Source of the DNA: Macrostomum lignano | Lineage: Eukaryota | Assembly: GCA_002269645.1 (NCBI GenBank) | Contig: NIVC01004155.1 | Coordinates: 1 to 57,633 of the forward strand | Reading direction: 5' to 3' | DNA: 57,633 bases | Part shown: positions 15,661 to 25,574 of the stretch, piece after piece | Position numbering within the stretch: position 1 is the stretch's first letter | How the letters are laid out: each line of letters starts with the position of its first letter | The notes under the pieces: model-generated | What the model saw: only the letters and a program-made list of their open reading frames with translations | Database searches by the model: none | What the model was told of the DNA's origin: nothing | Position numbers and translations under genes: made by a program

Positions 15661-15897
15661 GAAGAGGGGGATTGAGACGGAGAGGGAGGAGATTGAGAAT
15701 GCTAGGAGGAATGAGGCTAAGAGCAGGAGAGATTGAGAATAGAAGACGCTAAACATACGAGAGGCTGGGAGGCGCAGAGATGCAGTCCCAGAGACAGCAG
15801 GGAGCTGCTGAAAAATCCACCAAAAAGTCACCGCCACACGCCGCGCTCAAAGCCGCAGGTGAGGGGATCTGGAGCGCCCAACCCCTCCTCCCCGGCT

Positions 15898-16569
15898 TCA
15901 GTCGAAGTGGGCCAGGTCGGGACTGGCCACGTAGTCCAAGTCCTCGGCGATGCCAAACTGCTTGGCCACCGCGGCGCTGTCCGTGGCCGGGAATTTGGCG
16001 CGCAGCCAGCCGGACAGGGCGAACGCGTTGTCCGTCCACCGGTTGGCGCCGGCGTACGCGGCCCGCGTCTCGTCTAGCAGGCCGTCCAGCGCGGCCGGGT
16101 CGCAGTCGCGCAACCGTTTGAGCCGCTCGTCGGCCGCAGAATTCGCCGACTCGGCCTCGGCCAGGGCGGCGGCCAGCCGAGTCCGCTCGGCTTCGCCGTC
16201 GTTGTCACCCTCAGCTGCATCCGCGGCAGCGGCGGCGGCTTTGGCCTCGGCCAGCTCGGCCTCCAGGCGGCGGCGCTGCTCGCGGGTCTCGGACAGGGCG
16301 GCCTCGGCGGCCCGGAGGCGGGCCCGGAGCCGCTCGCCCAGCTTGCTGGGAAAGGCCCAGAAATAGACGCAGGTGCCGATCTTGTCCGTGTCAACCAGGC
16401 CGTCGTCGACGAGGCTCTGCAGCACCTCCTTGGCCGACATGGTGGTGATGCCCTTCTCCTTATGGCAGAGCCGCTCAACCTCCTTGAGCTGGAAGAAGTC
16501 CTGTTTCTCGTTGAAGAAGCTCAGCATCCGATTGCGCTTCTCCTCGAAGCTGAGACCTTTCTTGGACAT
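15898..16569 (-). CDS. MND1: Meiotic nuclear division protein 1, 223 aa, intronless
   Basis: MSKKGLSFEEKRNRML...KEKGIT..SAKEVLQSLVDDGLVDTDKIGTCVYFWAFPS, a coiled coil, then ANRWTDNAF...FGIAEDLDYV. The start context is TTTTTAG|CCACCATG. Confidence 0.96.
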   Translation of the reverse strand: MSKKGLSFEEKRNRMLSFFNEKQDFFQLKEVERLCHKEKGITTMSAKEVLQSLVDDGLVDTDKIGTCVYFWAFPSKLGERLRARLRAAEAALSETREQRRRLEAELAEAKAAAAAADAAEGDNDGEAERTRLAAALAEAESANSAADERLKRLRDCDPAALDGLLDETRAAYAGANRWTDNAFALSGWLRAKFPATDSAAVAKQFGIAEDLDYVASPDLAHFD

Positions 16570-16597
16570 GGTGGCTAAAAAGGCAAGTGCCGTTTGG

Positions 16598-16940
16598 TGC
16601 ACATTGTAGGCTAGTTGGTGTACATTGTAGGCTAGTGGGTGTACACTGTAGGCTAGTTGGTGTACATTGTAGGCTACTGGGTGTACATTGTAGGCGAGTG
16701 GGTGTACATCGTAGGCTAGTGGGTGTACATCGTAGGCTAGTGGGTGTACATTGTAGGCTACTGGGTGTACACTGTAGGCTAGTTGGTGTACATTGTAGGC
16801 TACTGGGTGTAGATTTTAGGCTACTGGGTGCACATTGTAGGCTACTGGGTGCACATTGTAGGCTAGTGGGTGTACATTGTAGGCTAGTGGGTGTACATTG
16901 TAGGCTAGTGGGTGCACATTGTAGACTGCTGTACATTGTA
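16598..16940. repeat. 21-bp minisatellite directly upstream of MND1
   Basis: Unit TGTACATTGTAGGCTAGTGGG, about 16 copies. Confidence 0.95.
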
Positions 16941-17437
16941 GGAGAGCGTGTGAAATTTTAAGCCCGTAGGTAAAAACTGTGTGCCACCTAGCCTAAATTC
17001 AGAATAAGAGAACAAAACAAAGAGAAAAACGCTTTAGAAGATATTAAAAAGTTCAAACTTTAAGATAATCAGTTGCGAGAATAACAAAACAGGTACTGCT
17101 CGAAAGTTGCCTTTGAGAGAAAGGTGACAGGGGGAGAGGGTTAGGAAGATCAGACGAACCTTGACAAAGATTGATGAAAAATATCGCTAATCAGTTTACA
17201 AACTGTTTACAAAACAGAAATGATAGAACGATGTGTTTTTTACACTAAAAGCAGAACTGCTAGGAGATCAAAGTCAAAGAAAAAATAAGGTTGCTGTTGA
17301 AAAATCTCGGCTGACAAAGCCGGGATCCGATTGCATCAACAATTCCATCTTCTAGCAGCCTAGGAAAACACAGTCTTGGCCAGGGATTAGGCATGCAGTC
17401 ACGCGCAATGCTGCACTGATAGCCTGCCCAGCAACAG

Positions 17438-18615
17438 ATTTGAGTTTGTGTAATTTATGGATTGTGAAGCTTTGAGTTTGTGTAATTTATAGATTGTGAA
17501 GCTTTGAGTTTGTGTAATTTATAGATTGTGAAGCTTTGAGTTTGTGTAATTTATAGATTGTGAAGCATTGATTTTGTGTAATTTATAGATTGTGAAGCTT
17601 TGGGTTTGTGTAATTTATAGATTGTGAAGATTTGAGTTTGTGTAATTTATGGATTGTGAAGCTTTGAGTTTGTGTAATTTATAGATTGTGAAGCTTTGAG
17701 TTTGTGTAATTTATAGATTGTGAAGCTTTGATTTTGTGTAATTTATAGATTGTGAAGCTTTGGGTTTGTGTAATTTATAGATTGTAAAGATTTGAGTTTG
17801 TGTAATTTATAGATTGTGAAGATTTGAGTTTGTGTAATTTATGGATTGCGAAGCTTTGAGTTTGTGTAATTTATAGATTGTGAAGCTTTGAGTTTGTGTA
17901 ATTTATAGATTGTGAAGCTTTGAGTTTGTGTAATTTATAGATTGTGAAGCTTTGAGTTTGTGTAATTTATAGATTGTAAAGCTTTGAGTTTGTGTAATTT
18001 ATGGATTGTGAAGCTTTGAGTTTGTTATTTATAGATTGTGAAGCTTTGAGTTTGTGTAATTTATGGATTGTGAAGCTTTGAGTTTGTGTAATTTATAGAT
18101 TGTGAAGCTTTGAGTTTGTGTAATTTATGGATTGTGAAGCTTTGAGTTTGTGTAATTTATGGATTGTGAAGCTTTGAGTTTGTGTAATTTATAGATTGTG
18201 AAGCTTTGAGTTTGTGTTATTTATAGATTGTGAAGCTTTGAGTTTGTGTAATTTATAGATTGTGAAACTTTGAGTTTGTGTAATTTATAGATTGTGAAGC
18301 TTTGAGTTTGTGTAATTTATAGATTGTGAAGCTTTGATTTTGTGTAATTTATAGATTGTGAAGCTTTGGGTTTGTGTAATTTATAGATTGTGAAGATTTG
18401 AGTTTGTGTAATTTATAGATTGTGAAGCTTTGAGTTTGTGCAATTTATAGATTGTGAAGCTTTGAGTTTGTGTAATTTATAGATTGTGAAGCTTTGAGTT
18501 TGTGTAATTTATAGATTGTGAAGCTTTGAGTTTGTGTAATTTATAGATTGTGAAGCTTTGAGTTTGTGTAAGATTGTGAAGCTTTGAGTTTGTATAATTT
18601 ATAGATTGTGAAGCT
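17438..18615. repeat. 32-bp AT-rich minisatellite
   Basis: Unit TTGTGTAATTTATAGATTGTGAAGCTTTGAGT, about 37 copies. Confidence 0.96.
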
Positions 18616-19304
18616 GTCCGTGCCCAGCCCCGCTTTACCTTTATTATCAAACTGATTGCAGAATAACAAACTAAAAATTGAAAAACAATTTTTTAAAGAA
18701 TAAATCCAGCTGAAAGTGAGAGAAGTTCTCTTCTTCTATTCTCTAAATAGCAAGGTCAGACAGAATTAATTTGTTTTTAATAATCAAAACAGGCAGACAG
18801 AGAGAGAGAGAAACAGGGGCAAAAAGGGATTAAAGAAAACATTGTCTGACAAGACTGTTAAGGTGAGTGAGACTCGCGGGTAAATACCGCGCGACGACTT
18901 TGATTAGTACCTAGGGTTACTTAATTCTACACTTCTGCGGCTTAAAGGGCAAAAATAATGAAAAGCAACACAGCCAACATATAATATAAAAAATGCCACT
19001 TGCTTAAGAGGGCGCATTAATATTAATATATTTGCCCCAACATTCAAAACCAAGTTAGCTAGCCTACTAGAATCACAAATACTAGAATAACTAGAAATGT
19101 CACTCGCAAATAAAGTTGTGAAAAAGCAGAGCGACTACTCTTTTTACAGTAGTTTTTTTCCGCGCATTGTCACTTAAATGTAATGTGACAGCTGAAATTT
19201 CCATTCCTTCCTGGGGGGGGGGGGGGGGGGTGTGGCGTCTGGAGCATCCGGGGTTAAGAATAAACAACAAGCATTTAACTCGGTGTACACAAGTGAACGC
19301 AGGA

Positions 19305-19742
19305 CGGACGAAACTCAGTCTAAGGGGGGTGGCCAAGTTTAGCTCAGCCAATGAGAGAGCAGTAAGGAGAGAAAGATCAGCCAGACGGACGAAACTTCGC
19401 CTAGGGGCAGGCCTAATCTAGCTCAGCCAATGAGAGATGAGTAAGGAGAGAGGTCACAGTCAGACAGACGAAACTTCGCCTAGGGGCAGGCCTAATCAAG
19501 CTCAGCCAATGAGAGAGCAGTAAGGAGAGAAAGATCAGTCAGGCGGACGAAACTTCGCCTAGGGGCAGGCCTAATCTAGCTCAGCCAATGAGAGAGCAGT
19601 AAGGAGAGAAAGATCAGTCAGACGGACGAAACTTCGCCTAGGGGCAGGCCTAATCTAGCTCAGCCAATGAGAGAGCAGTAAGGAGAGAAAGATCAGTCAG
19701 ACGGACGAAACTTCGCCTAGGGGCAGCTCAGCCAATGAAAGA
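19305..19742. repeat. 79-bp tandem repeat with one CCAAT box per unit
   Basis: Unit GACGGACGAAACTTCGCCTAGGGGCAGGCCTAATCTAGCTCAGCCAATGAGAGAGCAGTAAGGAGAGAAAGATCAGTCA, about 5.5 copies. Confidence 0.93.
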
Positions 19743-20069
19743 GCAGTAAGCAGTAAGCCTAACTGTTTATCGGCCTGGCTTGGGGCTGGGGTACACGCAT
19801 TGCAATTCCGAATCTGAGGCAGCCTGGGGTAAAAAAAACAGGATGAGGATGCAAATTTAATTGATCTGCTTGTAGAACGCCAGAGGCGATTGCTGCAGCT
19901 TCTAATTTTTAAACAAGTCAAATTATTTTAGTATCAGCAACTGGATTCGATACAATATAATAGCTTTTTTACAAACAGTTGCGCAAATGTTCCTACTGTA
20001 AGTAGAAATGTCAGCATTTACGCAAGAGAACAGGCTACGCTATAGAACAGATGAGCAAATGCATCAGTT

Positions 20070-20075
20070 TTTATT
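20070..20075 (-). terminator. Candidate polyadenylation signal (AATAAA) of INTS11
   Basis: TTTATT on the + strand about 80 nt downstream of the INTS11 stop codon. Confidence 0.5.
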
Positions 20076-20154
20076 GGAGCAAAATTTAAAAAAGGAAAGC
20101 GATGCGAACTGCCGAAGTGTATCGAAAGTTGAATAAAACATTCACTAGAGCTAA

Positions 20155-23100
20155 TCAAAGACTCTGCTCAATCTTAGCCTCCTGTTTGAGTAGCGAGAAT
20201 AGCCTCGAGCCAAGGTCCTCGTTTTCAAATGAATAGGACACCAGCAGCTGGAAATTGTCTCTCTGCTGCCTGCCTACCGGCGGCAGCGGCTTGACCAGCA
20301 CGGTGACCCGGTCTAAGACGCTGATGGTGTTGCCGTCCTGCAGCTGGGCGAGCCGGTCGCCGACGGCCCTGGCGCAGACTGCATGAACCTGCAGCCGGGA
20401 GGAGGGAATAGAATTTAGCAACTGTTAGTTAAATCCAGACAGGTCAATACAGAATCTAGACAGGTTAATACCGGATCTAGACAGGTCAATACAGAATCTA
20501 GACAGGTGAATATCGAATCTAGACAGGTCAATACAGAATCTAGACAGGTGAATATCGAATCTAGACAGGTCAATACAGAATCTAGACAGGTGAATATCGA
20601 ATCTAGACAGGTAAATACCGAATCTAGACAGGTAAATACCGGATCTAGACAGGTCAATACAGAATCTAGACAGGTAAATACCGGATCTAGACAGGTCAAT
20701 ACAGAATCTAGACAGGTAAATACCGGATCTAGACAGGTCAATACAGAATCTAGACAGGTGAATATCGAATCTAGACAGGTGAATACAGAATCTAGACAGG
20801 TGAATACCGAATCTAGACAGGTAAATACCGAATCTAGACAGGCGAATATCGAATCTAGACAGGTAAAAATATATAAATTTATTAAAAACCCAAGCATTAA
20901 GAGCCTCACCTTAGTCACCAGATCCGACAACTGCGAGTGCGGCGACCACAGGCTCAGACTGGTGGTGAACCGCAGGCTGTGCTCGGCTAATCCTGCCTCC
21001 TTCAGCGCCGCGTCTCTCGCTAGCAGGCGGGGCCGCTTGGCTGGCAGCGCAGACTCGGAAGGCGGCAGCAGCAGGCCGGCCCGCAGCCTGGCCGGCTCGG
21101 ACCAGTCTCTGCGGTGAAGCAGGCCGACCGGCGCCTCCACCACCATGACCTGCTCGGTTTCTATGGCAACTGACTCGCCATTAGCCGGCTTTAATACTGG
21201 CAGCTGCAGCTCCTGCTGGATTCGCTGGCGTAAGAAGTCCATTTTGGCGCTCTCGCCGTGGACCAGCATGACCGCCCTGGGCTGGCACATGCGGACCAGC
21301 TGCATGATGCCCCTGCAGGCCAGTGGCGAGGGTGGGAAGCGAACTTGATAGGGATCTAAATAGAATTCTAGGGCTTGGGACTTCAAAAACTTTGGTGTTA
21401 TCAATATTCCTGAATATAGGCTTGGAATCTCCAGATCTGAGATCGGATTTACTGCATTTATTTTAAGTCTGCTCTGAGTCTTGCGTCTGAGTCCCGAGGA
21501 CTGGGGACCACAGTTCCAGGCTAACGATCAGAGCTCCTAGGCTAAGGATCAGATTCACTAGGCTAAGGATCAGATTCACTAGGCTAAGGATCAGATTCAC
21601 TAGGCTAAGGATCAGAGTCCCTAGGCTAAGGATCAGAGCTCCTAGCCTAAGGATCAGAGCTCCTAGGCTAAGGATCAGAGTCCCTAGGCTAAGGATCAGA
21701 GCTCCTAGCCTAAGGATCAGAGCTCCTAGGCTAAGGATCAGAGTCCCTAGGCTAAGGATCAGAGTCCCTAGACTAAGGATCAGAGTCCCTAGCCTAAGGA
21801 TCAGAGCTCCTAGCCTAAGGATCAGAGCTCCTAGGCTAAGGATCAGAGTCCCTAGACTAAGGATCAGAGTCCCTAGCCTAAGGATCAGAGCTCCTAGCCT
21901 AAGGATCAGAGCTCCTAGGCTAAGGATCAGAGTCCCTAGACTAAGAATAGAATTCTCAAGTTGAAGAATTCGCCTACCATAATCAAGACTCTCAATACTC
22001 TATATTAGGGATCAAATCCGATAGATTAAGTGTTAGAGTCCCTAAGATTAAGGACATCAAAGTCCGTCAGACAATGAAGATAGGGATCAGAATCCCTAGA
22101 CTAAAGACTCATAGTTCCCGGAGTGGCGTACCAGGAGCTCACCTGGCGTCCGCGTGAGCACTAAAGGACAGGTACTCAACAGCCATGCGCACATCCAGAG
22201 ACTGCTTCCCCAATTCGATCTTCTTGGCACCGTTAATAATTTTATAGCCAACAGTGCCAGCCACGCAGTAGCCGGGGATCACCACCATGTTGCGCTCGTC
22301 TGGCGCCCATTTTTTAAAGATCTGCAGCGACTGGCCGGCGTGCAGCATGCCAGGCGTGGCGAACACCACCATTGGCCCGGGGTTGTCAATGACGCTCTTG
22401 TCGTGCAACGGCCGGATGTGCTTATAATCGAACATGTTTCTGTCCACGAATGTCTGCTTGATTTTCTCGTTAGTCCAGGCGATGAACAGCTTGTAGTAGT
22501 GATTGGCCCGCTCGGCCAGGCCGGTTGAAAAGTAGATGGGGACCTTTTGGTGTGGATCGCGAGGGGACTGCGAATTCATAGAGGTAGGACAGGATCCCAA
22601 CCCCCCCCCCAGTCATACATGCCCAACTACCAAAAATGTGACTTACCTATGAAGGAAACCCAAAGCAAAAAGTAAACGTAATTTTGGGTAAAAGGCAGGA
22701 GTAACAATAACTGTATTATCAAGGCTAAATGCCTCGTCATCTAATTAGTACTACTAACGTATTTTTCGAGTCGGCATTTTTGTGACTTACCTTGGCCAGA
22801 CCAGACTTCTCGCCAAGTCTTCTCGTCAGCCGGGTGTTGAGCATGTATATCCCCGCTCAATCCCGAAAAACCGCATATATATTTGCTTTAAATACACTAG
22901 ACAGGATTCTAATCTCAAACCGGGACTTCTCGCTGAAATATTAAGATTGATACCAGAGGTCAGAATCACAGCGCCAGCTGGCATCCTGGGTCAAGGTTCA
23001 AATTTAGGATGCCATCAATTTAAGCTAATTTGTCCTGGCCTACGCCATTATTCGGATAGGGTGTGACCAACAGTGCTCCTAACAGTCATGTAGTTAGACA

Positions 23101-25462
23101 GGTTAGAATGGGAGACAAAACAGCATGGGCGTCGCCTTCCAGACACGCAAAACACAAACAGCCCTAATAATAATGCACCTAACGCATTTGAACTAGAACT
23201 AAATTTAGAACATCGCTATACATTGTAGACAAGATTGGCATCTGATAAAAGTACACCTCACGTGAAGATTTTATTTGCAGTCAGTTCCAAGTCAAGGATT
23301 CGCAGCAGGCGAGATAGTAATTCGTTAGTGAATGGTTTAGCTCATCACCTCCAAGCGCTATTTAACCTAATTATCAGGGGGTTTCTTATAATTTCTAAGT
23401 TTCTAAGTTTTTTATCGATTTCAAGTCCAGATATAATATTAAAGTTAGTTACCCCTAAGTTATTTTATTATCTAACTGGTCAAGACCCAGATGGATTATC
23501 AAGTTTTATTATCCCCATTACTCGGGTTTATTAGTTATCAGGAGGTTTTATTGTCCCCATTCCCAGGTTAATTAGTTATCAGGTGGTTCTATTGTCGACA
23601 TTCCTAGGTTAATTAGTTATCAGGTGGTTTTATTGTCCCCATTCCCAGGTTAATTAGTTATCAGGTGGTTCTATTGTCCCCATTCCTAGGTTAATTAGTT
23701 ATCAGGTGGTTTTATTGTCCCCATTCCCAGGTTAATTAGTTATCTGGTGGTTTTATTGTCCCCATTCCCAGGTTAATTAGTTATCAGGTGGTTTTATTGT
23801 CCCCATTCCCAGGTTAATTAGTTATCAGGTGGTTTTATTGTCCCCATTCCCAGGTTAATTAGTTATCAGGTGGTTCTATTGTCCCCATTCCTAGGTTAAT
23901 TAGTTATCAGGTGGTTTTATTGTCCCCATTCCCAGGTTAATTAGTTATCTGGTGGTTTTATTGTCGACAATCCCAGGTTAATTAGTTATCAGTTGGTTTT
24001 ATTATTTCGATTCACCAGGTTAATTAGTAGTTTTCAGGTGGTTTTATTACCTGCAATCATCTCCAAACCAAATTTCGGGCAATTAAGTTTTATTGCTTTC
24101 ATTTATGCATTGCTTTATCTATATTCCAGTCCCAAGCAGTGAAAATTAAACAATCAAAATCAGTTCGCACCTTCAAGTTCATCCGCTCCCAGTAGGTCTC
24201 AAGCAGGATGCAGAGCTCCTGAGCTCGGCCCAGTGCGAACACCGGTATGAGCACTTTGCCGCCCTGCTCAACGCACCGTTGTACCTTCTCGCAGAAGTCG
24301 CGCTCTCTCGAACGCTTCGAATCGCGCACAGTGGTGGCATAGGTTGACTCGGTAATTAGCAGGCTGGGCCGGCACCGGTCCACCCAGGCGGGGCCCAGGT
24401 GCCGGTCTGGGGTCATGTTGTAGTCGCCCGTGTACAGCACGGACTGGGCATCGCCGACACGCACCAGAAACATGGCCGCGCCAAGCACGTGACCGGCGTA
24501 GTACGGCTTGATGACGAGGTCTGCGTCCACGTGAACCTCCTCGTGCAGGCTGACTGGCCGCACCTGGGGCGTTGGGAATAGAAAGTGTACGAGATCGTCC
24601 TGGTCTGACAGGTAACGGTAATCCAGCAGCTGAGGATCTTGGAGGCTGGCTTAGCAACTGGGGATTTGGGAGGCTTGCGGTTGCCTAGCAACTGAGGATC
24701 TGAGAGGGTAGCGGTGGCCCAGTAACTGAGGATCTGGGAGGGTGGCCCAGCAACTGGGGATTTGGCAGGCTTGCGGTTGCCTAGCAACTGAGGATCTGGG
24801 AGGGTGGCGGTGGCCTAGCAACTGAGGAACTGGGAGGGTAGCAGTGGCTCAGCAACTGAGGAACTGGGAGGGTGGGGGTGGCCCAGCAACTGAGGAACTG
24901 GGAGGGTGGGGGTGGCCCAGCAACTGAGGAACTGGGAGGGAGCCGATGGCCTAGTAACTGAGGAACTGGGAAGGTAGCGCTGGCAGCCTACTTGAAAAGA
25001 TCTTCAAAAGAACAGGTCTAACCTGACAGGATCCTGTGAAATGTATAAACAACTCACCTTAGCCATGCACTTGTTAATCATTTCGCTAGTAAAGAAGTTA
25101 ATCTGCTCTCCGCTAGCCTTTCTCTCCATGGTGACTTTGCGATAGTCCTCCAAAAGGATGGGGCAGATGGCCTTGGTCGGGTAGGTCATGTACACCGGGC
25201 CATCAAAGCCAACCATCTCAGTGAAGTAGGGCAGGGCGCCGCAATGGTCCAGGTGAAAGTGGGACACGATAACGGCGTCCAGGTAGTCATTGGGGCTGCC
25301 CTGCTTAGTAATGTAGGTGAAGTCTGGGAATCGCCGGTCATCCTGAAAGCCGGCGTGCATGCCGCAGTCGAACATGATGCGCCTGCCGGCTATGCTGACA
25401 AGGATGCAGCTGCGGCCAACATCCTGGCCAGCACCCAGTGGCACCACACTGATGCTGGTCAT
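20155..25462 (-). CDS. INTS11: Integrator complex subunit 11 (CPSF3L), metallo-beta-lactamase/beta-CASP endonuclease, about 611 aa
   Basis: Exons are 25462-25058, 24563-24171, 22543-22143 (alternative in-frame CAG acceptor at 22567 adds 8 aa), 21312-20910 and 20388-20155. All introns are GT-AG with consistent phases, total 1836 nt. Motifs: [71 protein letters not shown], and the C-terminal [14 protein letters not shown]. Confidence 0.96.
20432..20866. repeat. 21-bp minisatellite in INTS11 intron 4
   Basis: Unit ACAGAATCTAGACAGGTCAAT, about 20 copies. Confidence 0.95.
21518..21943. repeat. 21-bp minisatellite in INTS11 intron 3
   Basis: Unit GGCTAAGGATCAGAGTCCCTA, about 20 copies. Confidence 0.95.
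23520..24050. repeat. 41-bp minisatellite in INTS11 intron 2
   Basis: Unit CAGGTTAATTAGTTATCAGGTGGTTTTATTGTCCCCATTCC, about 13 copies. Confidence 0.95.
24622..24985. repeat. 34-bp G-rich minisatellite in INTS11 intron 1
   Basis: Unit CAGCAACTGAGGAACTGGGAGGGTGGGGGTGGCC and variants, about 10 copies. Confidence 0.9.
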
Positions 25463-25574
25463 GTCAGTGCGCAGGCATGAGGTAGTTTTGAGACTGGGCA
25501 TGTAACAGTGAATCGGGATGGCTCAAATTTCATTGAAAACACTCAATACAGGGCCCTATTTTTGGGCTTAGTAT

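Noticed and set aside
14940-15837. Repetitive ORFs such as (MEGLREGIAD)n resembling coiled-coil or antifreeze proteins
   Set aside because: The 30-bp array is open in several frames on both strands, with no unique coding flanks and no codon-position bias in the variants.
19213-19230. Long G homopolymers (also near 25662, 33301, 48157)
   Set aside because: Their lengths are unreliable in long-read assemblies and no function can be supported from the sequence alone.
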